Shown: positions 12,773 to 23,357 of the stretch, in pieces | Layout: each line of letters starts with the position of its first letter | How positions within the stretch are numbered: position 1 is the stretch's first letter | Source of the DNA: Albugo candida | Lineage: Eukaryota | Direction of reading: 5' to 3' | NCBI GenBank assembly: GCA_040437565.1 | Contig: JBDOQK010000095.1 | Location: forward strand, 1-33,390 | Length of the DNA stretch: 33,390 nucleotides | Made by a program: the position numbers and the translations under genes | The notes under the pieces: generated by a model | Told to the model about the DNA's origin: nothing | Database searches by the model: none | The model's input: the letters and a program-made list of their open reading frames with translations, nothing else

Positions 12773-13667
12773 CATGCATATATGCATTCATACTATATTG
12801 TCGAAACATATGAGCAAACAAATTCGAGCTGATACTCTGCGGCGTGCAGCAAGGCTACGGGTGGGTATAATCAAACCGGGCAGCAATGTCAGCTAATGTG
12901 GTCTGTACGCTCATCGCCAGGTAATCATTCGGTTTGCCTTATTTACTACTGCTTGTGATCTCACATTCTACAAGTTGATGAGTGCGTCACTTTCTCCCGA
13001 AAGCAGTTTTGTTGTTAAGCCACTTTCTGGAGACTGAAAAATCTTGAGCTGCGTGGAGTACCTCTTAAATGTTTAAGTGATTATAAATGTAATCAACGCA
13101 CTTGTCTTCATTCAAAAACATCACATGATACTTTAGACTCCTTATAAATCCATCAAATAATTTCGATTTTAGGAGATGTGTTTCCAGTATTATGCACCAT
13201 GACTTGACGGCGCTGGTACAACCAAAGTGCCATCTACGAGAATTCAAATCTTATGAGAACTTGCACATAGCAATAATAGAAATGACAGCGAGGTGATGAA
13301 CTCTCACAGGCATCGCACACATGCATGCTTTGTTAAGCAAAATCACCATTCTCCGTGAGTCATCATGCCGCCACTATTCGCAGTATCATAATGCTTTGAA
13401 AAACCATATAGAAACCTCAATGTATCGCCGATACTTGCAATTTTCTGTCTTTTTTTTGTCTTTTTATAGCTTGATTCTAGCGCAGCGGCTTTTATAGACG
13501 GATACTGCTCCTATCCTCAAGTGAATGCACTTAATACTTCGAAAAATGGCCTAATCAAGACTAAATTCATTGCGATTGAGATTGTGTAATCCTTTCCTGG
13601 TATCTTGATGATCTCAGTCGTCTAACGCTCCGATACCAGCCAGCATTTGATTTCAACCGCTTAAGTT

Positions 13668-14006
13668 AATCGGACATTTCAGTGTGTTAAACCGTCACAT
13701 ATTCATGTTGCTACCCAGTAGTCATCTTTCTCGAGATTTATCAAGGCGATGACTGAGTACGCATTCAGGTACTGGGCCAATATTTCCGTCCCACAGGGAT
13801 CAGCCTACTTAATCTAATTTTAGCTCTAAATGAAATATGAAATCATCGAGAAGTACAACGAAGCAACCAATTGGCCTCGAATAATCGTCAATCATCACTC
13901 AATATCAGTCGATATCAATCGGTATACATCGGTATACATCAGTGTACCTTAGCCCGACAATGAGTAATCACTGAACTAATTATCTCATCATAGTGAATCA
14001 AGAAGA
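13668..14006. repeat. Near-identical inverted copy of 1339..1677
   Basis: Direct reverse-complement comparison. Confidence 0.95.
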
Positions 14007-14157
14007 CGGGTAGGTTACATGGCGTTTTTGAGACGCATAAATCGTCACAATATGAGTAGTTTCAAACAGCTTTCAAGCCAGGTAATGTATGATAAAAATG
14101 CATGTATTCGACTATGTAATGTTCTCTCTACAGGGTACTAATTTCTGAAAAGAATAA

Positions 14158-14275
14158 ACTTATGTTGGAGTAACTTCTCATACTACTTCAAGAGCTCACA
14201 CTGTCTTGGAATGATGACAGCGGACGTTCATCAACAATTATATAAATCGTATTTAATACAATTCACACAATCTAC
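14158..14275. repeat. Inverted copy of 20893..21010 (cut by gap)
   Basis: Reverse complement matches ttgatgaacgtccgctgtcgtcattccaagacagtgtgagctcttgaagtagtatgagaagttac with few mismatches. Confidence 0.9.
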
Positions 14276-15158
14276 NNNNNNNNNNNNNNNNNNNNNNNNN
14301 NNNNNNNNNNNNNNNNNNNNNNNNNNNNNNNNNNNNNNNNNNNNNNNNNNNNNNNNNNNNNNNNNNNNNNNNNNNTATCCGTGTGGGTGAAATACCGAGG
14401 GACAAATGCTTACAATTCCTGAAAATACGTCCGTAATTGAGCATGCTTCCGCATTGATCCCAAAAAAAGCGTGCGTGTCCAGTTGCATCGATTGTGAGCT
14501 GTAATATCTGCTTTTGGCATCAAACGCTCTTGCTGAAAAACAGTACTTTCAAGCGATTTAGCAAAATTGGCTGGCAGAACCACCTGTGATGCTCCGCAGC
14601 AAGTTCATATATCTAAAAGGCACTTGCCGCAACTATTCGAACAAGTCGAATCCGCGTTCTTATCTAGCTCAAGACGACCAAAGAAGGCATTGTTTTCCGG
14701 TTCGGGAACAGGTGTTGAATGCCGTTTCAGATCTATCATTGATTTCCTTAAAAAGGTAAAGTTAAGTGGCGATGTGATGTATAAACGTCGACGTGATCTG
14801 CAAGGCGCTGCCCCAATTGCATTTACAACATTTCTCATGACATTCTTTGCCTATATACAGTGGAGCAAAGCAAGGAGATGTGGCCCAATCAGAGAAAGAA
14901 AAGATTTATTGGTGCTCTTTATTGTAAGGGCAACCGAATCGCAACCTTGTTCTAAGCGTCGTTTGTGTATGAGGCTTACTGACGGTAGAATAAGGTGCCG
15001 CTTTCAGACTATTCCGCTTGTTCTTATTGCAATACTGCTGGTTCTTTCGTTTGCGAGAAGTAAACACAAATTTCCGACGTACTATTGATCTTTGCTTGCG
15101 TGGATGCGAACCGTTTTGTATTGGCGACGAGAACTATTACCTATATCCTGTGAAAGGA

Positions 15159-15516
15159 TGACGATATAGCACAGAAACGAAATATCAACAACCGCGTTCG
15201 AGCAAAATATTATGAGGCGAGCAATTCGTTCAGTTCGCGTTTGCCCAATATCGCTACTGAAGTGTTTCCGGCCACTTGAAAACTTTCNNNNNNNNNNNNN
15301 NNNNNNNNNNNNNNNNNNNNNNNNNNNNNNNNNNNNNNNNNNNNNNNNNNNNNNNNNNNNNNNNNNNNNNNNNNNNNNNNNNNNNNNTGACGATATAGCA
15401 CAGAAACGAAATATCAACAACCGCGTTCGAGCAAAATATTATGAGGCGAGCAATTCGTTCAGTTCGCGTTTGCCCAATATCGCTACTGAAGTGTTTCCGG
15501 CCACTTGAAAACTTTC
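15159..15516. repeat. 129-bp direct duplication across gap (15159..15287 = 15388..15516)
   Basis: Offset 229, identical; probable assembly artefact. Confidence 0.9.
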
Positions 15517-15722
15517 TCATGCTATAGTTTCGAGAAACGTAGATTGGAGGGCTAAGAAAGCAGGAAACAGCTATCAGGTTGCCAAAATCTCAAAATATTG
15601 GGCATATGTCACGAGTAGCTTCTTCAATCTGGGCTCTAATATCGTGGAAAGCAATGGTGCTATGGATAATAAGTATTAATTTTATCCTTAACCCGTCCAC
15701 TACGTTTATTCCGTATATCTAT

Positions 15723-16867
15723 TCAATATTCGGATGACATCGCAAAGTAAGGAATCGGATCGCAGCTATCCCTTTGATGTTGTGGACGTTCGACGAAGTA
15801 ATGCATAGTATCGCTGCCCGTAGTCTTCACAGTAATGGACTTGTATCTTGTGATTGTCAAGCCCAGTACCCAAATCTCATCATCATCTGACTTTTCCATG
15901 AGAATAGTACACTTGTCGCCTTCGCTTACGATATAATCTTTGGCGCTGAGTTTGATGACTTCATGATTTGAGAAGGTTACTTGAAAATCCAACGCAGTCT
16001 CACTTCCAAGCAATATCTTTCCGTATATATCGTTGCAAGGTCCTTGGAATCGACCGCGTTTACTGATTGTCAAAGAACCGTCATTATTTTCCAGAAGCTT
16101 TCTTTCCATTCTTTCATAATATGATCTTGGGATACTGATAGTATGTTCATCAACATTCATTCGTATCATCTGGCGGTCTCTTTCGCTCCCAAAAAAGAGC
16201 ACACTTGCCGTACTGTGCCCTTCGTGCAAAGGCGCCCGTCCATCTTTTGGGATAATTTGGCATCCGCAAGTAAACTTGTGACTTTCAAGCTCTGCCCAGC
16301 TGATCGATAGATGCCTTTATTCTCTGTTACGTGAAGTTGAGTACTCATACGTAAATCATCATTGATGGTAGAAATCCGTTTACTTTGAATCCACTTTATC
16401 AATATATCTCCTGTCAATGTCCAGCCAGTCGCGTAGCTTTTGCCGCAGACACTCGAATTCCAAACTTTCAATACTTCCCTATCTCCACTACTGCCTGTTA
16501 AATCTCGATTCAATAAAGGTGCGGACAAACTCTCCTCGATATCCTTCTGCACGCTTGGATTTCTCTTACTTAGAAACTCTGTCGCTGTACACCAGAGCCT
16601 GGCTAATTGAAGATCACAATAATCAAATCCATCTCATAGCAATCGCTCAGAATACCCATCCCCATGTTCCGTACATCAGGCAAAGATCACAGCCGCATAA
16701 TGTACTGATATGTCGGTTTGATTGTCTCAATCAAGATACTTCCATTTGAGACTTGCACTTTTGGCGTCATTCGAACATTAAAGCCTTCTGTAACGATCAC
16801 AAGTTGTTATGTGAAAAGAATGCTCCAAGTCCAAGAACAGTGTACATTATCGTAGGAACACTTGCAT
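15723..16867 (-). pseudogene. Frameshifted full-length copy of the pepsin-fold family
   Basis: ATG at 16867 gives MQVF/TIMYTVLGLGAFFSH/QLVIVTEG with two 1-nt frameshifts in the first ~25 codons. There is a further disruption near 16690 and a frameshift near 16308. Track ORFs 16166..16552 (YATGW, KWIQ) and 15723..16229 (MNVDEHTISIP, SDDDEIWVLG) are the pieces. Confidence 0.85.
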
Positions 16868-16909
16868 TCTTTGTCTTCTTAGTCGAATTCATGAACTATA
16901 ACTGGTTGC

Positions 16910-17078
16910 TGCTCACCAGTCTATTGCCCTATTGAGGTATACTGCAGCCCACAGTAATGCTTCCATCGAGTCGCCAACTTTAATACAATAGAATTCGTAC
17001 TTTATGAATATGGAAGTGTATCGCCGTAGCAAAACAAGACATTAAAGTTGCACTTAGAGATGCGTTGCCGCAGTAAGT
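16910..17078 (-). promoter_or_regulatory. Conserved upstream element (copy B)
   Basis: Contains ctattgaggtatactgcagccc and aaagttgcacttagagatgcgttgccgcagtaag, the reverse complements of the copy C blocks. Confidence 0.6.
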
Positions 17079-17505
17079 TTTTATAGAAGCTTGGTCTTTG
17101 TGCTTTGCGTGTGAATCCTTACCGAGTGATTACCAGCACACCGAGCAGCTTCTGCCTGGATAACAAAATTATCAATTGGCATGGAAAGAAATGATGCAGG
17201 CCATGGCATAATGAAAGTCGATCATTATATCTTACTTTATCACGATGCATGCCTATCAGACACCGTTTTACAAAGTTGTTGTCTACTCCAGCACCGTCAT
17301 TCTGATCTTAGGTGCCCTATCATGCCTATAAAGTGTACATACCTAATATAATAAAAAGAAACAACTAATAACTCAAGGAGTGAGCCAAATGTTATGTAAC
17401 TGATCAAGCCTATCCTCAAACCAGGATTTTTTACAAGTCGTTAGGTTCGAGTTGGGAATGATATCGCTTATGTATTCGTACAATATGCATTAAGTACGTA
17501 TCCTG

Positions 17506-17668
17506 TAGCACTTGCTGCGCTGACGCATCTCTGAGTGCAACTTTGATTTCTTGTTTACGGAGACGCGCTTCCATTTCACATATATGAATGATATATCAGA
17601 ATTGGTGACTCGAGCAAACATTATTGCGGGCTGCAGTATACCTCAATAGTGTAATTGATTGGTGAGGA
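17506..17668 (+). promoter_or_regulatory. Conserved upstream element of the pepsin-fold family (copy C)
   Basis: Blocks CTTGCTGCGCTGACGCATCTCTGAGTGCAACTTT (17511..17544) and GCTGCAGTATACCTCAATAG...GATTGGTGAG (from 17630) are shared, at similar distance from the ATG, with 16910..17078 and 31120..31273. Confidence 0.65.
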
Positions 17669-17706
17669 GCCTATCACAATCAAATAATCGACAAGAAGGA
17701 CAAGGG

Positions 17707-18807
17707 ATGAAAGCGTTCTCTACGGTGACCTACGGTGCTCAAGGACTTGCAGCGCTTTTTGCGCATCATCAGTTCGTGACCGTTACACAAGGTTTATATG
17801 CTCAAATAATTCACGAAGGGAAGGTTTTGAGTGAAATTAGCGCGATCGATCAAGTAGAGCACTACACTGTGAAGCTTGACCTTTCATGCAACTCGGAAAG
17901 CATGTGGTCTAATCTACTAAATTGGTACTTCAAGGATGCATTGGATCATTGTTCTCAATATGTAGCTTATCTGCGGCACATAGCAGCTGAATTTAGTTGT
18001 GGAAAAAAGCCAAGTCTGCAAAAGGAATCTGTAGATGTTTTATCGATCCCTTTATTAAATCTAAAATCGAGTGGCAGTAACGATGAAAGAGATATGGTAC
18101 AACTTATACCGGGTACGATCGAAGGGAAACCATACACGACCGGCTGGATAATGAAAGGAAAGCTTTTGGATAAGTGGATTCAGAATAAATGGATATTTTA
18201 CTGCGATAACCGTTGGTTCATAAGTGATCAAACTTATATCTCCGAGAATAAAGGGACTTATTTAATTGAGTGGACCGAGCCAGGACTTTATCATATTTAT
18301 CTCGGAAATCATGATGCAAAACTTGGTTGGCCACATTTGCCCAAGGGGGACCTTACGGCAACTGTGCTCTTCTTCGGAGATTCTATAAAAGGCCAGCAAA
18401 TACGAATAAATGTTGATGTACATGCTATCAGCATCCCAAAGTCATATTATGAAAGCATGAAGAAAAAGCTATCGGAAAAGAATTTTTGGAAAATCGATGG
18501 ATACGGACAATTCAAAGGACCTTGCACCGATATATCTTTCCCCGAAAGCATGTTGCGTGGTGGTAAGACTTCGCTGGCTTTCAAAATAAAATTTTCGAAT
18601 AATGAAATCATCGAACTCAGCGCCATGCATTACATCTATAAAGAAAAGGACATGTGTTCACTTCTCATTGACAAATCAGATGATGAAACGTGGGTACTGG
18701 GTACGGCAATTGTAAATGCCAAGTCCATTCTTATAGAGAATACGGGCGAAGATCTAATATATCGCTTCGCTGAATCCTACAACGGTTTACGAGTTGCCTC
18801 TCCATGA
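17707..18807 (+). CDS. Pepsin-fold (A1 aspartic protease-like) protein lacking catalytic motifs, probably secreted; 366 aa, intronless
   Basis: Long intact ORF. ATG at 17707 (MKAFSTVTY...) aligns with the paralogue starts; the track's upstream TTG start is unlikely. The C-terminus FKIKFSNNEIIELSAMHYIYKEKDMCSLLIDKSDDETWVLGTAIVNAKSILIENTGEDLIYRFA follows the pepsin C-lobe pattern (f.f....l....Y......C.l.i.....WILG..f....vvfD.....igfA). IRINVDVHAISIP sits where aiiDSGTsli.lP is expected. Confidence 0.85.
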   Translation: MKAFSTVTYGAQGLAALFAHHQFVTVTQGLYAQIIHEGKVLSEISAIDQVEHYTVKLDLSCNSESMWSNLLNWYFKDALDHCSQYVAYLRHIAAEFSCGKKPSLQKESVDVLSIPLLNLKSSGSNDERDMVQLIPGTIEGKPYTTGWIMKGKLLDKWIQNKWIFYCDNRWFISDQTYISENKGTYLIEWTEPGLYHIYLGNHDAKLGWPHLPKGDLTATVLFFGDSIKGQQIRINVDVHAISIPKSYYESMKKKLSEKNFWKIDGYGQFKGPCTDISFPESMLRGGKTSLAFKIKFSNNEIIELSAMHYIYKEKDMCSLLIDKSDDETWVLGTAIVNAKSILIENTGEDLIYRFAESYNGLRVASP

Positions 18808-19221
18808 TTCAATCCAATGCGACATTATCAGAATGGTAAATTGCTTCGCGGAGGAAGCGTAGCGATCGAATAACGGATAAGATTAATACAAATTATTCTT
18901 TGTTTTGGAAGTTACCCATGACATAAACCCAGCGGTGAGATTTCAGCAACCTGACTGCTGCTGACTGCTGCTGTCTGCGTCCTATTCCATAGAAATATGC
19001 CTCAGCTAAGACTTATCTCTTTTATCATTCCAAATTGCTGATACAATGCAAGTGGCAGACGCGAATGTGCTGGCCGGTGTGCGCAACATCAAAATGTACA
19101 TCAACGCAATAATGGCAAGCCCGAATGCGTTATAAGGTGGAAGAAAGCAGACGTTCACGTCCCTGGCAACACTGCAATTTCTACACATAGGATGCAACCA
19201 ACTGGTGGAAAACAGTACAGG

Positions 19222-19251
19222 TAAAGTGTTGTAAGATAAAGTGTTGTAAGA
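19222..19251. repeat. 15-bp perfect tandem duplication
   Basis: taaagtgttgtaaga x2. Confidence 0.9.
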
Positions 19252-21139
19252 CCAAAATGTAACCGGTGAAATCCTCAAAACAGAGAAGCCAATTCCTTCT
19301 GAGATGAGCGCATCGATAGATTTAGTGCTCAAAATTTCCGGTAAGCCGCTCGGTAATGAATCGAAGATGTCGCCAATTACTTGTAACAGAATGACGACCA
19401 TTATACGGATGATGATAGAGCATTGGAAGAATTGGAATTGCATTGATAATCGATAACGTGTTTTGTACGACGTGCGACGGGCTTTATCTGAACCATTTTT
19501 GTGCTCAAACATGCTCAATGGCTTGTTGCTCATGGACGTGAATGGATACAGAGTGTGAGACACATACCGATCATAAGGCGCCGCTGTTGTCATCTGAAGC
19601 TATTCCAAATGGCTGAAACGATCTGGATAAGGTAAGCATTCATGGATGAAAGAATGTCTCCATTAGATAGTAAAACTTGGAATTGAACCATGAGAACGAT
19701 ATGACGACCCAAATTGTTCTCCTCAGCGTTGATATGTTCTTTCCCAGCATCTTTAAACTCGGTTTTTGATCCTCTTGTATTTAAGGAGTGTGGTAAAAGT
19801 TCAATACACCTGTGCTATTTTAAACGCCCATGCGGACATGTATAGAAGGAGTCGTGCCATGTGTGATGGACATTTCAAACTCTGTATTAAATTGTTCCCG
19901 TCATAGCTGCTACATTTCATTTCTTCACTCAGACTTCTTTGCTATCTCAAGCTTAACCCAGCTTCTGTTATGAAACGGAAAGAGACCCGAATTTCATTTC
20001 AGCATTCCACCTGATGTAACCATTGCAACTTGACCAGCAGATATTGATTAAAGTGTTTATTATGTGAACATCGAAAGTCGGAGTTACCGGATAGCCATAT
20101 GGTGATATTCAAGCTCCTTCTTTTAAAGCTTATCTTCCGATGGGAAGACGGCTGCATCTTGTTGTGTTCGACAGTGATGCCCAGTATCCTGATTGTCGTT
20201 ATCGGGTATTGACACCGGTATGAGTTGAATTCGATTGTGATGTGGCTGCAAGGCTACAGTAAGAGAGTGCTCTGATTACCGTCGAGGCCAGTTAACTACA
20301 ATCCTGTCACTAGCACATTTCTCATCTTTGATCTTCTCCTCTTGATATTTGAATGATCACATGTGATGAGTTGTTTCAGAAAGTGAGGCAAATTTTTGAA
20401 AGTGTATGCGCCTGATCGTGTTCTTTGTTGGATTCAATCATTATGCAAAACACTGTACTCCTCTCTCAAGAAACGCGGAGCCAACGAATGATTTTTAGAT
20501 AGTTGTATGCAAGTGTGTGCATACATGTGAGAAATTTGTGTATTCATTGATCGATAAAAAGGGACGGCCTGTTGACTTCTTTTTGTTACTGAAAGACAAT
20601 AGGTCTACTTGGATACCGTTCATGCATAGGTATAAACGGTATACTGATGATTAAACTACAGTCCTGATGGGGTTGTATTGTGGTATATCAGCAAGTAGGA
20701 TGATAGCGTTCATACTACAATGCCCGTATGGGACTGTATATAGTACAGGAATGTGTTCTCAATGGAAGTTAAGGTCAAGACCGTACTTGTACAGGATCAT
20801 TTCTACAGTACCTTCTTTCTACTTGATTTTTCAATCAAGAAACTACCAGTAGCTTTGATGATCGAATAAGACTTCTTGAGTTGAATTGGGATGTAGATTC
20901 TGTGAATTGTATTATATACGATTCATATAATTATTGATGAACGTCCGCTGTCGTCATTCCAAGACAGTGTGAGCTCTTGAAGTAGTATGAGAAGTTACAC
21001 CAACAAAAGTATGCATAAGGAGTGCCATAGAATAGTAGTAGAGCCGTCTGATGTTATCAGCGTCCAGTTAGTGCTACATCAGACATTATCTTAGAGCATT
21101 AAAAGCTACCAAACTTTCTTCGAATGTACAGTACACTTA

Positions 21140-23250
21140 TATTTGATGCGTCACAAAAAGCGTCATGTGAGCTACCCATCCTTTACTTCTTACACTCGAT
21201 CATCATGACGAGTCTGTTGATTTTTCATTATGCGTTGTGGACCCCTGGTCTATATGATGCTGACCTTGTAGTGAATTTTGATTTGTTGTGTCATTCAAGT
21301 TTTGGCGGATGTACAAGTTCATCGAGAGCTTAAATCAGATCAAAGCGGCTGACCATTTTGGCAACGAAGGGTTTACCTTACTGCAGTCGCAGTCAGCGTT
21401 TTGGAAAATGTCCTGAAGAGATGACTTGGGGTAGCATCATGGATATGTGGCATATGCTGTAGACGTATTGCGCCTGATTTGTTTAAAAGGGTTCGATTTG
21501 GATTATAAAAAGTTAAACTTGTTGCTCGTTTTAAGTAATCAGTATGCTCTCACCTTGGTATGGGCAAAAGAAGATCAAAGTGCATAAGAAATTGTCACAT
21601 TGTCAATGAGTAAGAAGGATCTTCTCATGTGGCATTGCTGTATGCAGTTTCTATCACATATCATCCCATTTCAGTATGAATGCTCTTGTAACTGTATTGG
21701 TCGCTTTGATGTGCTGTGTTACCGGGTATAAAGCAAGATGCGATGCCAGAGAGGGAGTTGTTTTCACTACTTGGTAGCACTCTGCAGTAGGCAACTCCAA
21801 CAACAAAATCCGCGTGTTCAAGGAAAATCTTCTTAGTGCTATTAGACTCAAAAATCGAGGAAATTCAAGTGCGAGCACGCCGTTCCCTATTCTCATCAGC
21901 TTTATTGCTTCTGCAGAAAATCTTGTGTACTTTATCAGCGCTCTACTAGGCTGTTCATTTACATTGAGCCGAGCCAAATCATCGTGGAACCGCAGTAAGG
22001 TCGAGACGGAAATGCTCAGATCTGGATATTCTTCATAGGTATGACTTGGTAGACTCTTGAATTCAAAAGTAATGATAAGAGATTGAAATGAATCAAATGC
22101 GGCATGGCAATTCATCGGTTGAATGACCGCTGAAGTTTTGATCCTCTCATTCAACCACCGGATCGATCTTCAGCGTCACGTTTAAAACGCTTTTCAAATT
22201 TGTTCCGTCGAAGAGTGTATTTGATAAAGAATTTTTCAGCACTCAAAACCAGCTTCTGGAAAAAGTCTGCCAGTGCTTTTGATATGCAGAGGTCGAAATT
22301 ATGTGCTAAACCGAATCACAAATATATACATTCGAAAGAAACAACCATTCTTGAAATCGAGTTACGTTCTTTTCGTAATTTGATCTTTGATTCTAGCGTC
22401 CAGTAGGCTTCTTTTGAAAGAGTGTACTCGAATGCTTGCAATTGTTTTAAACGACGTTATTCTGTCATTAGGTTGCTGATTGAATAAATTTGCATCGTTT
22501 GCTCAAGTAGACAATTCACACAAAAAAGGTATGTGGAGTATGCACGCTCGAACGGAACGAGGCAATACTGTTCGATTGCAAGAGCCATATTGATCATGCA
22601 CACCCTATTTTGGAATGAGACATGGAAGTATTGCACAGTAAAACAATCCAAAGAGTACTTTCACATTTCCTAAAGTTGATACATCTTCATGGCGAGAAGA
22701 AGGATCGGTGAGCTGATTACTGATTCGATTGTGCTCACATTCATTGTGTCGATGTGGAAGTTCAAGTGTTGCCGCATCGATTGCAACGCTTTTTACAGAA
22801 ATTGATCAATCCTCACGATCAACAATATTATTACGAGTAATAGATAAAATATAAATACATTACCGCATTCGCTATCTCGCCGACATACAAGACTCGGTCC
22901 TTTATCGCAGGGAGAAAGAATATGCAACACTTCTCGACTTTGAGAAAGCTCATAATCAAGGCAAATCGACGTACCTGTTACGCATTTGAATGAGCTTTGG
23001 AAAGGTTTTATCGACTAGTTCGTTTTGAACACACCGACACGAAGCCGCAGTTGATGGTTCATAATAATATCACACTGTCCATTACACTATAACGTGGATT
23101 CAAACAAGGCGATCCTCCCTCAGCACTACTTTTTCTGACAAAAATCGAGCATTTCGCAAATCTACTAGCCAAAAGGAAGACCGTGATATTTGCATCAGTG
23201 GCATTGCTGTCACAGCTCGATTATTTTTGCTGACGGTTCGACGTTGCTTT
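21140..23250 (-). pseudogene. VPS54: Decayed VPS54-like relic, copy C
   Basis: Track ORF 21654..22154 has IITFE-x23-RFHDD (same spacing as ILDTE-x23-RFHEE) and LRRFSLNTRILLL...QVVKTTPSLASHLAL (cf. LKYFNSRSCQLVL...QVVGLKTITTKNLAL). Upstream MQISRSSFW; downstream NTSTAY...MLP/SSLQDIFQ. Many stops. Confidence 0.6.
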
Positions 23251-23357
23251 CTAAAACACCTAATGGTTTTTACGTAGCTTGAACTAACCCAAGTCTATTG
23301 CGATAGATCTGGTACGAAGCTCAATTTGAAAAAATTATCTTTTCCCTCAGTAAAACC

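Larger units (their letters stand above)
11950..14050 (+). pseudogene. VPS54: Highly decayed VPS54-like relic, copy B (inverted relative to A and C)
   Basis: KSRFWES (~12010), RHFLPKAVLLLSHFLETEK (~12985-13041; same spacing as NRFHEERKTKLSLLLDNER), REFKSYENLHIAIIEM, IKTKFIAI (~13554-13577) and MLLPSSHL. 13690..14050 is visibly homologous to the reverse complement of 21140..21450. Confidence 0.5.

Noticed and set aside
14567-15088. 173-aa ORF as a functional gene
   Set aside because: TTG start and no recognisable family; treated as part of the unidentified relic.
17659-17706. N-terminal extensions in the ORF track (17659 and 31131 starts)
   Set aside because: Non-ATG starts; the paralogues align from MKAF/MQVF, which also exposes the hydrophobic leader.
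19006-19593. 195-aa ORF as a functional gene
   Set aside because: No recognisable domain, contains a tandem-duplication insertion, and lies in decayed syntenic DNA whose mirror copy is not similarly open.
22457-22651. CxxCLL motifs (CVNCLLE here; CGKCLLD near 14610-14630) resembling Albugo CHxC/CCG effectors
   Set aside because: No signal peptide or intact ORF and no downstream Gly at the expected position; the first lies inside the VPS54 relic.
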